From positions 18,047,410-18,111,409 of the forward strand of contig NC_081366.1 of the NCBI RefSeq assembly GCF_030684315.1: 64,000 nucleotides of DNA, given 5' to 3'. This DNA is from Stegostoma tigrinum. Taxonomy: Eukaryota. Below the pieces are notes generated by a model. The model was not told the DNA's origin and did no database searches. It saw only the letters and a list, made by a program, of their open reading frames with translations. The position numbers were made by a program, and so were the translations under genes. Every line of letters starts with the position of its first letter. The stretch's first letter is position 1. Shown here in pieces: positions 24,351 through 38,810 of this stretch.

Positions 24351-25786
24351 CTAAAGAACACTGATCATCTAAGAGGATTATGATTCTTTAGAACTCCTTG
24401 CCACAGAGAACTGTTGGGGGTAGAGTCCTTGTGTGCATTTAAGGCTGAGTTAAGATAGATTCTTGATCAGCACAGGAAATCAAAAGTTATGGGGAAGTGC
24501 AGTAAAGTGGACATGAGAAATGTAAATTCAGTCAATATACTATTGAATGGCACAGCAAGCTCAAGGGGCCAAACACCCAACTCCTGTTCCTGTTTCCTTC
24601 TGGTCTTGTACTCCATTTAAAAATGACAATCATAAGGATATACTCCCAGACTTCTATTCACTAACAAATATAAACCACTGATAAAGAAAAACAAAGACAA
24701 CATTGTTGAAATTGAAACCCCCAATGGATTTAGGATTATGTAATTATTGTGAAGAAAACAGATCATTTGCAAATACCGAGATGTAGAAGTATTCAATACA
24801 TGCAGATTTTTCTGGAGGCCTGTCTCCACTTTACTTGCAGGGCCAGTTGAAATTACTGCTTAATGCCTTCTGCCTTGCGAATAGAACCAGAACCAGTCTT
24901 TTTGCTCTCTAAGAATCCGTGCCTCTGGTTTAAACTCCTTCAGTCATTCAGCTGTTACCTCAAGCTAATTCAGGAGACATAGAATATCTTTCTGATGCAT
25001 AATTCACAAGCTCAGTGCTCTCCACCCTACCTGCATCTACTGCAGTCACTAACTATGCATCTGCATCCTTCTACGTTCCATGTGTCCTATTAACTCTAAA
25101 ATGTTATTAGATTTGATTGGGCCTTTAGTACCTTGCATAATTGCCATCCACCAACTATCAAGATACCATTCCTCTTTTTCAGTTCTGTTTAATATTCAGT
25201 AATTTTCTTCAAAGCATATTGCAACATTTTCCTGCACACAAGGAGCTCTACAGAAATCCAGGTTCTAACTGCCTAGTTATGTAATAATTAAGGATAAAAT
25301 TAATGTTATCCTGTTATCTTTTTGTTAGCCACCCATCAGAAAATGGGAGTATTCCAGCATCAGCAGGATGAGAGAAGGAACTGAAAAAAAAAGGACTGAT
25401 TGTTCCTTGTAAACTATGCTACAATTCTCCCCTTCTGTACTAAGTGTCTGGCATCTCAGCAGCAACTTCCCAGAATTATGTCAGAAATCAGGAATATACT
25501 ATGTGAGCATTACAGTAACAGATTCAAATACATCATTGCTTGCTACAGCACATGTACTGTTTACAGAAACTAGAGAAGTAGATTCATAAAAAAAATACTA
25601 CTTATGATTGGGGCATTGAATAAAAGGGCAGAAATAATCAGAAAATATTACCGGCATACCTTCACAAACCTAATGAAGCGATTCTTTAAAGTCTTAAAGA
25701 AATTACTTACCATGAACAAGCATGTCAAAAATTAGTTCAGAATGGCACATTTTAATGGGAGCAGGAGCAACGTCAAAAATCCATAC

Positions 25787-25899
25787 CTTTTACCAAACTT
25801 GACTTTCTTCTTTTCTTTTAAAATCACAAATTGCCATTTCACAAATGAATCATAAAAGGGGTTTACATCGGTGGTGATGAAGGAGCGTCGCCAATCAAT
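25787..25899 (-). CDS. LARS1: LARS1 exon 7
   Basis: [37 protein letters not shown]. Confidence 0.96.
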
Positions 25900-26571
25900 C
25901 TGTTAGAGTTCAGACAATATGAAATTAAATTCCACAATGTTGAATCTAGATGGCTTAAAAACTATGAAATCTTTATGAAACCTTTATGAAACAAACAAAT
26001 TTTCAGTTACTGATCAGTGAGTGTAATGAATCATTTTGTATTTTAACTCCCACTAGAAACTCCTATCCCAACGAGGATCGGAGTTAGGATTTAGATAACA
26101 AATTTATTGACCTCATTGTTGTTTCAGAATCAGGATTTTCAGTAGGCCCTCACTGAGTCAGATTGCAGAGGAAAGTTCTTTCTACACTCTCCAACTATGT
26201 TGCTCAACTTCAACCAAGTGATAAAATTCCATACTCTATCAGCAGCTTTTGTTCCCATCTTTCAGATAAGTCATTCTCAAAAGCCAGGTTGCCAATTTGT
26301 GAATATTGGAACTTGTGTGGGGAAACTTATACCCACTTAAAAATCAGATTAACATAGATTCCTTCCTTAGGGAGTGAAGTGCTTTTCTATTAAGATCCAC
26401 TTCGAAGTCCCAATTAAAATATGACCACATACAAACTCAAATGTCTGTTTTAAATTCCTGACTTATATCTGGGTTTTATTACCTTAAAAAAAAGACATTT
26501 AAATTATTACAAGGGAAGACAATAAAAGTTCAGAGTTTTATGTTTAATCCGTCGAGAGGCACAAGACATAC

Positions 26572-26733
26572 TTTTAATCCCATTTTCTTCAAATCCTGGA
26601 TAGCCATCACTGGAAAGTAATCAAGCCAATATTCAGCCTCTGCAAACTTCACAATCTCTTCATCAGATAGACCCAGAGATTTCATGATGATCCACTGGAA
26701 CTTAGCTCCACCACTCTTAGCAGCAGCTTTACT
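26572..26733 (-). CDS. LARS1: LARS1 exon 6
   Basis: [22 protein letters not shown]...DLKKMGLK. Confidence 0.96.
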
Positions 26734-26949
26734 CTGAAGATTTGTGGAGGAAACATAAATGATGTCAACCAAAGATAACACCAGCAGCAAATCTTCAAAA
26801 CATAGGAAAGCCAATTCTAACTTTTCTCGTCTTGGTTTTCAGTGGAGTTAGTAATGTTTATTGTCTATGCATTTAAATGAACAATATTAAAAAAATGAGA
26901 AATCTTCCATTTTGACAGGAAGAATTTAAAAAAAGAGCCACATTGCCAA

Positions 26950-27665
26950 AATTGAGACAGATTGGAAAGCTCCAAGAGGGTATCCCAATATCTGAAGCAC
27001 AAAAACACAAGTATGCAGCTACAGCAAATGATTAGAAAATCTAAAGGAACGTTTTCAACCATTGTAAGGAAAAGTGAATACAAAAGTACAAAGAACATAC
27101 TTAATTTATACCAGGTATTGGTGATAGCAAATCTGGATTGCCACACAGAGTATTGGTCTCATTTACCAAAATAGTTAAATACATTGGAAGCAGTTCAAAG
27201 GAGATTGTATAGACTGTTATCTGCAATGTGTGAGTTATCTTTTGAGGAAATGTTTGACAGGCTAGGTTTGTCTCCAACGAAGTTTAGAAGAATAATGGAC
27301 GCTACTGATTCAAATATACAAGATGAGGGGTCTCAACATAGTGGATCTGGAAAGGATGTTTTCCTTTATGAAAATCTAGAACAAAGGGTCACCATTTGAA
27401 AAAAAAAACGGATCGTCCATTTAAATGAGGAATGAGAACAACTTTCCTCTTAGAGGGTGAGAGTCTTTGAAGCTCTTCCTCAGATGGCAGTGGAAGCAGA
27501 ATTCTTGAATGTTTGAAAGATAGAATTAGATACATTCTTGGTAAGCAAGGTGATGAAAGTTTATCAAAAATAGATGGGAATGAGCGGTATTCAGATCTTC
27601 CAAGATCTTACTGAATGGCAGAAGATGCTCAAGAGATCATGTGACCCAGTCCTCCTCTTAATTCA
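26950..27665 (+). mobile_element. Degenerate CR1 3' fragment
   Basis: EAVQRRLYRLL...EEMFDRLGL remnant. Confidence 0.7.
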
Positions 27666-28203
27666 TCCGTTTATCAAATCTTAAAGATTATTTAGTGAAG
27701 ACCAGAAATATGTAACATCACAGGATAAATTCCACTATTATAAATGATTTTAAAACATTAATAATAGTATTCTGAAATTACCATTTCTACCTCAAAATAA
27801 TTTATCTTCATAGCTAGTTACGTAAAACCATCGTACAAGTTCAAAACATATCAACATAAATTAAATCCTCCCCAATTACACCTATTAGCACTCACCCATC
27901 CACTTAAAATCTCTATTTCCGCTCTTCGGGGTTTTTCTATAAAATTGCCTGGTCTGTGATATGTAAGCAATCTACTTCCAGACTACTGCTACTGTAAACA
28001 GCTTTTGGAGGTATTCCTTGCTGTTCAGAAGAACTCAACTAAAGCTGTGATCAAGGAATTCATTACACTAATGTGCATTGTATTTCTAGATGTTTAATTT
28101 AAAGATTAAACATGAGATTTTCAGGTTTGAACATTTTAATGAAATATCAACACTTTTTTGGTAAATCAATCAATAATCAATTAATAATGATTACATTGCA
28201 TAC

Positions 28204-28344
28204 TTTTTTGGCCTTTGCCTTGTCCTTTATAACAGTTTCTTCCTGATTTTTTGCTGGTGTCTCTTCCGCCTCCTCGACCTCCTCTGGAAATTGAGGTGGG
28301 TTACCATACAGCTCCAGCTCCCGCTTCAGTTTATCAGCACAGGC
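28204..28344 (-). CDS. LARS1: LARS1 exon 5
   Basis: [20 protein letters not shown]...KDKAKAKK. Confidence 0.96.
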
Positions 28345-29231
28345 CTGGCATTTCACAAAAAAAGAGAAAGCCACTCATGGCATACATTTAACTCATAACA
28401 TCCAAAGTCTCGAAAGTCAAACTTGTACAAAATTAGAAAATGTTGGACATGTATTAATACATCAAATCCTGACAAAGGATGATGCATGGAATATAATGAT
28501 ACAGCTTGGTGTTTCAGTAATTTTTACACTTTTCTTTCCCCATTTTGAGTATCCCAGGTAGTGCTTGCTATTCAAGTTTGCTTCTCATTAAAAAGTTGTA
28601 ATATTCTTAAGGTGCAGCACCCAAAAGCTCCAACTGCAGGCTACAGCATCATCAGATATGAAATTGCTTGGATTTTTCGAGATGGTTATTTCTTAGATCA
28701 AATATCCCCTCTGCTGGAGGGAACAGAAAACTCCTCTTCTCAATCTAATGGGTTCCAATCACAGGGAAATTCTTACCTAAATGGTTCAGCATCCCAACGA
28801 ATGCTACATTTGCCCACAGTAGCATTTAAGGATGTCAGAAGACAGGTGTACTTCCAACTTAAATTATGTTTATGGCAACAGGTCTTATACTGAGTTTTAC
28901 AAATTTAATCAACCCCAGGTTAAACTGTGGTCAGTGTTTGAATAGCTAAGTCAACGTAAGCTGATGAAATAGTGTCAATACTGTAAGCTAGCCATTTCTG
29001 ACAGTTAACAGGCTATGTCTGCAGCAAACTGAGCATGTGCTTGCAAATAATGAATCCTGAGTACACAGCTGGAGACAACTCTCTGGGTACAATCAAATAG
29101 CTCAGTGTTAGTTGTATATATTGGTATATGAAGAATAGCAAATGGTTGCAATCCTCTGTCTAATTCTACCAGAGACTCAATTTATTTTTAATAAGAGGAC
29201 TCTGAACAAAAAAATTCCAAAAAAACTTGAT

Positions 29232-29293
29232 TCTGGTTAGCCAAGTCACATTTGCAAAGCACTTTGGTTAGCTAAGTCACATTTGTGAAGCAC
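29232..29293 (+). repeat. 31-bp tandem duplication
   Basis: tctggttagccaagtcacatttgcaaagcac / tttggttagctaagtcacatttgtgaagcac. Confidence 0.85.
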
Positions 29294-29538
29294 ATCAAAC
29301 TTAAAATTCACCATTTTATTCTTCTGACTGAACGGAATATCCAAATGCAATTTAAACTACCCATTTTCATTCATCTTTTTGATCTGAAACTCAACATCTC
29401 AAACTCTTAATTAATGTTTTAAGGTTTTCGGGACCATATATGGAAAACTAAAAGGCTGTTAACAAAATTAACATTAACTAAGAGTAACTAAAACAATGAA
29501 AAATGGAATGTTTAACACATTTAGCCATATGATCGAAC

Positions 29539-29619
29539 CTTGATGGGCATGCCAGTGCAATGTAATCCAAAAGGAAACAGGCATCTTCTTCCCTTTAAAC
29601 GGTGAAATCCTACAGCAAA
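29539..29619 (-). CDS. LARS1: LARS1 exon 4
   Basis: [27 protein letters not shown]. Confidence 0.96.
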
Positions 29620-30904
29620 CTGGAAAAAGGATGAAAGATAAAAAAGATTTAATTGATATTTGTATGTACCCCAATCAAGTCCACTCCAATACTGCACAGC
29701 AGGTTGCTGTTCATCACACTTAATTACATCCACCACCCAGCCCATGACAACTAGAACTAGCATTTATGTTAACCTTTATCTTTACACCAGGAGTTGAGGG
29801 ATAGACCAGGAAGTTAAATCTTTACTTGCTTTTATATTTATCCACAAAGTGACTCATTGCAAACGTAAACCTCCGAAACTTGCAACTCATTACCAATATC
29901 ATTCACATCTCTTTTCTTTTCTCACCAGATGCCATACTCAAAGAGAGGGCACTGGTGTCAACTGACATTAGTCCATGATTTTGCTTTGTAAAGTACTTCA
30001 GGGGTTTGCCACTGTCTTCCACAGGATGCATGACCAGGAGAATTTCCCACTCTTATCAACTGCCATCCACCGTATTAGAAAGATTTTCAGGTTAATAATC
30101 AAACTGCTTGGCTACGTTATGAAGTAACATGGCCATCAAATCTTGGAGAGTAAATTGAATCCAGAGCTTCTGTTTCAAAAGCAGGGACACGACCTATTGT
30201 TCTAGAAGATTTCCGCTCACAATGTTCTACCCAGGATCAAACTGGGCTATGCAGGTCAGCAACAAACTGTCTCTTTGTATTTCTTTTCAACAAAATAAAA
30301 AAGGAATTGAGTTAATTAACTCATGAACCACTCCTTAAAGGAAGGCTGTTTAAGATTTTAACTTCACTAGCTGCCATGATGGTTTTGAATCTTAAGGCTG
30401 CAAAGCGGAGGTCGAGCAAGTGGATTACTAGTCCAATGACATTAGCACTATGCCACTACATGTGCAGCTATAAAATGACTGTGTCTCACTTGTACACATT
30501 TAACCTAAATTATGCAATTAATCTAGCCTGCCAATTCACAAAGTTTCCTGAATGGCCTATTCTGTTAACTTTCATGTTCCCACTTTACTGAAAATCAAAA
30601 TATGATCAGGTAGTATGGAAGTGCACCTATGAAAGTTTGTTCATTTACAGATTAGGTACTAGGAATCAAGCAGTAACGTGGCAATGCCTTGTTCTTTTCA
30701 AAACCTCCTGGTGACACTATCAGCAAATACTGCAAACATAAAAGTGTCCTCAGTTTAACTGCATTTGTACAAAAGTCCTTCAATATGACTGCTCTCTCGA
30801 CTATTTCTGTTATTAGAGAAGCTGTCTTTCTGATGTGTTTGGTAACCCTGTTCATATTGGGAGAAAATAGAAACAATGCATTATTCAATACCAATAGAAA
30901 CTTT

Positions 30905-31990
30905 GGAACATGATTAGCCTATTTAGTCCACAGAGCCTGCTTAAACATTCCAAATCATGGCTGATTTATCTCCTCAATGCCATTTAACCCTGTACAATCT
31001 CCATATCCCTGGAAGTTTAGTCTCCGTGATACCAGCAACTTCTGTTTTGAACCCTACTGAATGAATACTCCAAAGATTCATCACCTGGGGTGACGAAATT
31101 CCTCATCCCAGTACTTAAATTGCCTGATTATCCTGAGATAATGTCCCTGGTTCTAGAAATATATTCAGAAGAAATATCTGAGATAACAAGGTGCAGAGCT
31201 GGATGAACGCAGCAGGCCAAACAGCATCTGAGGAACAGGAAAGCTGACGTTTCAGGTCCCGACCCTTCAGGAAATCTTTTTTCTGAAGAAGGGTCGGGAC
31301 CAGAAATGTCAGCTTTCCTGTTCCTCTGACGCAGCTTGGCCTGTTGCATTCATCCAGCTCTACACCTTGTTATCTCAGATTCTCCAGCATCGGCAGTTCC
31401 CACTATCTCAGAACAAATATTTCATCTTTTTTCAATGTGTGATGCCCTATAAGATTTCCCTAAGTTTCAATGAGATCACCACTCGTTCTTGAAAGAGAAC
31501 ACAGAATACAGACCCAGTTTCCTCAATCCCTCCTCAAAAAACATCGTCATTCTCAGGATTAATCTGATGAACCTCCATTTAACTCCCTCTACGGCAAGTA
31601 TATCCTTCCACAGAGACCAAACTAGAGAAAGTACGGAGGTCCCACCATGGTTCTATACAACTGCAACAAGACATCTTAACTTCAGTACTTAAATTCCCTT
31701 AAAATGAATGACAATGTATTGTTTGCTTCTCTAATGGTTTGCATCTGTCAGTTAGCTTTCAGTGACTCAGACAATGGCACCTAGATTGTTTTAGACATTT
31801 GCACTTTCCAATGACTTACAATTTAATAAATAAACTGCTTTTTTTGTTCCAAAGTGAATAATGTCATGCTTATTTACATTATATTCTGTTTACTATATTG
31901 TAGTCAATTCACTTAACTTGCTACATCCTTTTAAAACCTCATTGCACCTGCTTCACAATTTGTGTCACCAACCAATTTGATACCATCAGC
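30905..31990 (-). mobile_element. Old CR1 fragment hosting the 31178 mini element
   Basis: Patchy CR1 3' similarity. Confidence 0.55.
31178..31407. mobile_element. Mini palindromic PLE derivative
   Basis: Two inverted termini, each with a hammerhead remnant, plus a tail on one side; 13-bp TSD tcagaa(g/c)aaatat. Confidence 0.8.
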
Positions 31991-32639
31991 AAGTGTGGAG
32001 GTTTGTTCTAGAATTCAGAACAAGGAGAGAGTCACAGTAGCCTCGAACATTAATTCTAGTTCTCGCTCCATAGGTACTGTCAGACTTGCTGTGCTTCTCC
32101 AGCACTTTGTGTTTGTTTCAGATTTCCAACATCTGTTGTGTCTTGCTTTTAATTTTATATATGACCTCTTGCATCATTCCTCATCAGAAAAGGTTTTTGA
32201 ACGTCCAAATATACATCAACTGGTTCTCCTTTGTCTATAGTACAAGTGACATTTTCAAAAATTCCAAAAAAAGTGAAATAAGACTTCCCTTTCTGAAATT
32301 CATTCTGATTCTTCCTGATTTTGCAGTTCATTTCTTAATGCTTAGAATCTATACCAAAGAATGTGAAACTAACATTTTCCCTCCTGTGAGAATCAAGTGA
32401 CAATTTTTATCAATCTGTGCTCCTTTAAAATTGTTGGAGGAGCTGCCTACTCAATGTACGCAGTTTTCAAACAAGAATACAACTCCACCTGTTTTTGTCC
32501 CTGGTTTCTGGAAAGAAATATTCCTTCGAGATTAGAAAACAAAAGGAACAGTTTGCCAACATTCCAGCATGTTTTTAGGCAGAATCTCTATCACAAGGAC
32601 TCTAGGCAAAAAAATGAAAAGAATAAAAGTAAACCATAC

Positions 32640-32727
32640 CTCACATTTGGACAAAGAGAAAGAATGCCCCAGATGAAGTCGCCCATTCATGTATGGATAG
32701 GGAAAAGTTACCATGTACTTTGGCTGA
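32640..32727 (-). CDS. LARS1: LARS1 exon 3 (HIGH motif)
   Basis: [29 protein letters not shown], canonical splice sites. Confidence 0.97.
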
Positions 32728-34076
32728 CTGTAAAATACAAAGACAAAGAGCAAGAAATTAGGAAAATCTAATCACCAGGAACTCTGCAATACAATCCAAT
32801 TAAAAAAGGTATTTGACAACATCAGGTGGAATATCTGGAGAACCACATGCCTTAAATCTTACAAGATTTCACGTATTACTTTACAGGATTCTTTCAAACT
32901 GTCCTCAAAATTTTCTTCTGATGAGCTCTGTGCAAGGGAGTATCATCTCAGAATTCTAACTCAAGCTCATGCTATTAAGTTTGAACTGTGTTAGGTATAG
33001 AACCTCACACAAGGCTTGTAGCCTTATTGTGTGGGGAAACTATTTTTTTGGGGGGAAGCAAAATAAAAACACTCTAACCTTAATATTCTGCTCACCAGTG
33101 CTAAAGGTTCTGCCAGGAACACATTTCCAGAAGTCTTTACAGTCTTGACCCATGAATAAAACAGCTGAATTTCTGAAGCAAGCTTACAGTGACCATTCCT
33201 CACATCAAGGGCAAGTATCTGTGCAAGAGTGCCATCAAGGAGCTCTCATAAAATTGAAGCCAATGGCAATCAGTGTCAGCGGGGTGAAAATCTTTAGAAT
33301 AGTGGGAGACACACCTATTACAAAGGTAAGTGTGGTTGTTGGAGAGCAATCATCTCAACCCTAGGAGTAACAAACTTCTTCAACAGCATCTTATTGATCT
33401 TGCTTCCAATGCAAGGGTAAAAGATGGCATACTCTTTGATGGTTGGAGTGTTCAGTTCCATTCAAATAATGGAAGTCTGTGTACTCATGCAGAAAGATCT
33501 GGAAAATAGTCAGATTTGGACTAATAAATGGGATTCAACATTTGTGCATTAAGGGTGCCAAGCAATGACTTCTTTAAAGAGAGAGTGACTACTCCCCTTC
33601 TTATTCAATGGCATTACCATGACTGGATTCCCACTACAACATCCTGGGAATGGCTGATAATAAAAAACATAATTGGACAAAACACAAATTCTGCAGCCAC
33701 AAAAATGATAGAGGTCAGGAATTTTGCAGTGAATACCTTGTCTCTCATCTCCCAAGAGACTTTTCACCAATTATAAAGCACACACACACAAACAAAATAT
33801 TGCATCAGTGTTGCACGTTTAAAAGAAAATTGAGGTACTTCCCATCAATTTTACAAGAAAACTTCGGCATGAGGCTACACTCCACAATATTAATGCAGAT
33901 GGCTGAAAACTTGGTCAAAGAGGTATGTATTAATGCACACCTTAAAGAATGGAAGAAATCTTTTTTGTTCACTTGTGGGTATTGTTGGTTGGGACAGCAT
34001 TTGTTGCTGTCCCTAGTTTCCCTTGGGGCCAGCTGCCTTCTTGAACCACTGCAGTCCATGTGCTGCAGGTGACCCA

Positions 34077-36247
34077 TAATAGAACATAGAACAGTACAGC
34101 ACAGAACAGGCCCTTCAGCCCACAATGTTGTGCCGACCATTGATCCTCATTTATGCACCCTCAAATTTCTGTTACCATATGCATGTCCAGCAGTCTCTTA
34201 AATGACCCCAATGACCTTGCTTCCACAACTGCTGCTGGCAACGCATTCCATGCTCTCACAACTCTCTGTGTAAAGAACCCGCCTCTGACATCCCCTCTAT
34301 ACTTTCCACCAACCAGCTTAAAACTATGACCCCTCGTGCTAGCCATTTCTGCCCTGGGAAATAGTCTCTGGCTATCAACTCTATCTATGCCTCTCATTAT
34401 CTTGTATACCTCAATTAGGTCCCCTCTCCTCCTCCTTTTCTACATTGAAAAGAGACCAAGCTCAGTCAACCTCTCTTCATAAGATAAGCCCTCCAGTCCA
34501 GGCAGCATCCTGGTAAACCTCCTCTGAACCCTCTCCAAAGCATCCACATCTTTCCTATAATACGGCGACCAGAACTGGACGCAGTATTCCAAGTGCGGTC
34601 TAACCAAAGCTTTATAGAGCTGCAACAAGATCTCACAACTCTTAAACTCAATCCCCCCGTTAATGAAAGCCAAAACACCATATGCTTTCTTAACAACCCT
34701 GTCCACTTGGGTGGCCATTTTAAGGGATCTATGTATCTGCACACCAAGATCCCTCTGTTCCTCCACGCTGCCAAGAATCCTATCCTTAATCCTGTACTCA
34801 GCTTTCAAATTCGACCTTCCAAAATGCATCACCTCGCATTTATCCAGGTTGAACTCCATCTGCCACCTCTCAGCCCATCTCTGCATCCTGTCAATGTCCC
34901 GCGGCAGCCTACAACAGCCCTCTATACTGTCAACGACACCTCCGACCTTTGTGTCATCTGCAAACTTGCTGACACAACCTTCAATCCCCTCATCCAAGTC
35001 ATGAATAAAAATTACAAACAGTAGAGGCCCAAGGGCAGAGCCCTGTGGAACCCCACTCACCACTGACTTCCAGGCAGAATATTTTTCTTCTACTACCACT
35101 CGCTGTGGCGAAGCAATTTCATTTCACGCTTCCCAAAGCAGCCGAGGACAAATCTGGTCCAGGCCTGGCGACTTGTCAATCTTAATGTTTGACAAAATTT
35201 TCAGCACATCAGCTTCCTCTATCTCTATCCATTCCAGCATGCACACCTGCTCTTCAAAGGTTTCATTCACTACAAAGTTCGTTTCTTTCGTAAAGACAGA
35301 AGCAAAAAACTCATTAAGGGCTTCCCCTACCTCCTCAGACTCCACACAAAAGTTCCCTATGCTATCCCTGTTCGGCCCTACTCTTTCTTTGACCATTCTC
35401 TTATTCCTCACACAAGTGTAAAATGCCTTTGTGTTTTCCCTGATTCCTTCTGCCAAGCCTTTCTCGTGCCCCCTCCTGGCTCTCCTCAGACCTTTTTTGA
35501 GCTCCTTCCTTGCCTGCGAGTAATCCTCTCTAGCTGAACTTGACCCTAGCTTCCTCCACCTTATGTAAGCTACCTTCTTCCTTTTCACAAGAAGCTCCAC
35601 CGCTCTCGTCATCCAAGGTTCCTTTATCTTACCCCTTCTTGCCTGTCTCAGAGGGACATATTTACTCATCACTCGCAACAACTGTTCCTTAAACAGTCTC
35701 CACGTGTCTATAGTTCCCTTACCATGGAACAATTGCTCCCAGTCCATGCTTCCTAACTCGTGTCTAATCGCGTCATAGTTTCCTCTTCCCCAATTAAATA
35801 TCCTCCCATTTTGCCTAATCCTCTCCTTCTCCATAGCTACGTAGAATGTGAGGCAGTTATGGTCACTATCACCAAAATGCTCTCCCACCACAAGATCTGA
35901 TACCTGCCCCGGCTCGTTTCCGAGCACCAAGTCTAGAATGGCCTCTCCCCTCGTCGGCCTGTCAACGTACTGAGTTAGGAAACCCTCCTGAACACACCTT
36001 ACAAAAACAGCTCCATTCAAATCTTCTGCTCGAAGCAGGTTCCAATCAATATTAGGAAAGTTAAAGTCACCCATTACAACAACCCTACTGCGACCACACT
36101 TTTCCAAAATCCGTCGACCTATGCTTTCTTCAATCTCCCTGCTGCTATTGGGGGGCCTGTAGTAAACCCCTTACGAGGTGACTGCTCCCTTGCTGTTCCT
36201 AATTTCCACCCATACTGACTCAGTAGGCAGATCTTCCTCGACAATGG
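34077..36247 (-). mobile_element. Young CR1-type LINE, 5'-truncated with an internal deletion
   Basis: APE endonuclease C-terminal part (VVMGDFNFPNIDW...SDHNCL, ORF 35124-36107), RT C-terminal part (GVPQGSALGPLLF...KFADDTK, ORF 34440-35099), and a (TTCTATG)n-like 3' tail. Confidence 0.92.
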
Positions 36248-38200
36248 TAATGCCCTAACAGAACAAGGATTTTGACCCAGCCACAGTGAAGGAACAGCAA
36301 CGTATTCCCAAGTCAGGGTGGTGCGTGGAAGGGAATTTGCTGGTGTTCCCATGTTTCTGCTGCCCTTGTCCTTCCAGGTAGAGGTGGTCATGGGTTTGGA
36401 AGGTACAGTTTAAGGATCTTTGGTGAATTTCTGCAGTGCATCTTGTAAATAGAAGCAGCAGTGTCTAAAGTGTTAAGGGATGTTTGTGGCTGTAGTGCCA
36501 ATACAGCAGTCTTCTTTGACCTGCACGGTGTCAAGCTTCTTGAGTGTTGTTAGAGCTGCACGGAAGGAATTTCAAAGCTTATGGGTGAAGCAGCTGAACA
36601 GTCCACCAAGCTCTACTTGGAACATCTAGGGAAGCGTGATAAATGCCAGTCTTGACAGTGAACTCTACATCACGAAAAAGTCAGCCATGATCTCAATGAA
36701 TGGCAACGCAGACTTGATGTGGTGAATAGCCTACTCTGATCCTACATCTTATGGTGTCAATGAAAAATACATCAGAACTAATCAAACTAAATTGTTAAAA
36801 GCTTTCAGACATTAAGAATGCAATTTGTATTAATGGTGGTAAGAGAAAAAATGACCTGATAATTTTTATGAAGTTTATAAAATCATGAGGGGTGCAGATA
36901 AGGTTAATAGCCAAGGATTTTTCTCCCCAAAACTGAAGGGCATAGGCTCAACATGAGCAGGGAAAGGTTTGAAAGGGACCAAAAGGGTTTGTTACTGTGC
37001 CGCATGATTATGACTGTCCTCAACATCAATGCAGCACTTAATTGTGTCTGGCATCAAGGGACCCTAGCAAAATTGAAGTCAGTGGGAATCAGCTGAAAGC
37101 TGTTTGGAATCAAGCTTAACACAAAAGACAGATAATTGCGATCCTTGAAGACCAGTCAATGCAGTCCAAGGACACCATTGCAGGAGTTCCTCGGTGTAGT
37201 GTCCTAGATCCAAATCACCTTCAGTTGCTTCATCACGCAATCACAAGTCCGCATGTGGGGATATTTGCTGATGATTGCAGAGTGTTTGAAACTCTTCCCC
37301 ACTCCTCAGATACAGCACCAAGAGCCAGAAAACATTTAGCCTGAACTGATCGACTAATAAATAAATAGTCAATCACAGTGCTGTGGGTCTGGAGTCACAT
37401 GTAGTCCAGAACAGGTAAAGATAGCAGTTTCCTTCCCGAAAGGGCATTAGTGAACTAGACAGGTTTTTCTCACAATCGACAATGGATTCATGGTTGGCAT
37501 TAGACTTTTAATTCCAGACTTGTTTTTATTATTGAATTCAAATTTCACTATCTGCCTTGGTGGGATTTGCACCTGCATCCCCATAACATTCCCTGGGTCT
37601 CTGGATTAACAGTCCAGCAATAAGTACCACTTGTGCAGGATAAGTGTAGTTCCAACAATAGTCAAGCTTGACACCATGCAGGCCAAAGCAGCCTGCTTGA
37701 TTGGCACCACATTCAAAACATCCACTCAATTCACCACCAATGCTCAGTAGCACCAGTGTGTACCATTTCCAAGAAACTGCTGAAATTCAAAGCTCCTTCA
37801 ACAGCACCTTCCAAACCTGCAACCACTTCCATCTAGAAGACCAAAGGCAGCAGGTAAATTGGAACATCACCACCTGCAGCTTCCCTTCCAAGCCACTCAC
37901 CACTCTGACTTGGAGATATAACCGCCCTTCCTTCAATATTACTTGGTCAAAACCCTGGAATTCTCTCCTTAATGCCATCATGAGCCTACCTGCCATACAG
38001 AAAACAGTGGTTCAAGAAGACAGCTCACCATTGGCAACTAGGGATGAGCAATAAATGCTGGCCAGCTAGCATGCCCATGTCCCACAAGTGAATTTTAAAA
38101 ACAAACAAGAATGTGATAGAATATTCTCTAATTCCTTGTTGACTGTAGCTTGAACATTTAAGCTTGAAACCATCCAGAACAAAGCAGTTTGCTTGATTGG
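36248..38200. mobile_element. Cluster of degenerate LINE fragments of mixed orientation
   Basis: AGVPRCSVLDP...GIFADDC RT remnant (37159-37344) and a 3' end gggatgagcaataaatgctggcc near 38041. Confidence 0.6.
37370..37632 (-). mobile_element. SacSINE1-like SINE
   Basis: Reverse complement of the 44224 family. Confidence 0.65.
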
Positions 38201-38810
38201 CACCCGATTCACTGCAGACACTGGCTGAGGAGGTTGGCTCTCTCAAAAAGTGATGTACCCGGTTCACCTGGAAAGCAGAGAACCAAGAACTAAAAGATAA
38301 CTAAAATGTTTGCCACTGTTGGCGGTCCAAGAAACCACCTGACCAATCATGATCTCAGGCTAAAAATGTCTATATAAAGCACTCGTGAAGGACTCTGAAC
38401 TGTATATTCTTCTATTCTCTTTTGTTCTGGATACTATCCCCTTTTAACTTTGTACATTCATTTCTAAGAGTGACTGCATGAGGGTCATATGATTATTATT
38501 TTCCTCAAACTTACTTAGCAGATAATAAATTTGTTCACTTTCATTCAATAAAACCTTGTGATGAGATCCTCACTGCTTACACTAAAAACAATTAACCACA
38601 TTTAACTGGAGAAAGTTATCAGTTTAAGTTCTTTACAGCATGAGCTGTTGCAACCAACTGAGAAGTTTGATAAAGAAGGGAATAAGTTCATCCATCGCAT
38701 TTCAATGTTGTACATGCCTTAATCCAGGTGAACTTAATCCAAAAATCAAAAAGACAAGAAACCTTGCAAAATGGCTAGTAAAACAACTTACCTAACCAGT
38801 ATTATCTTAC

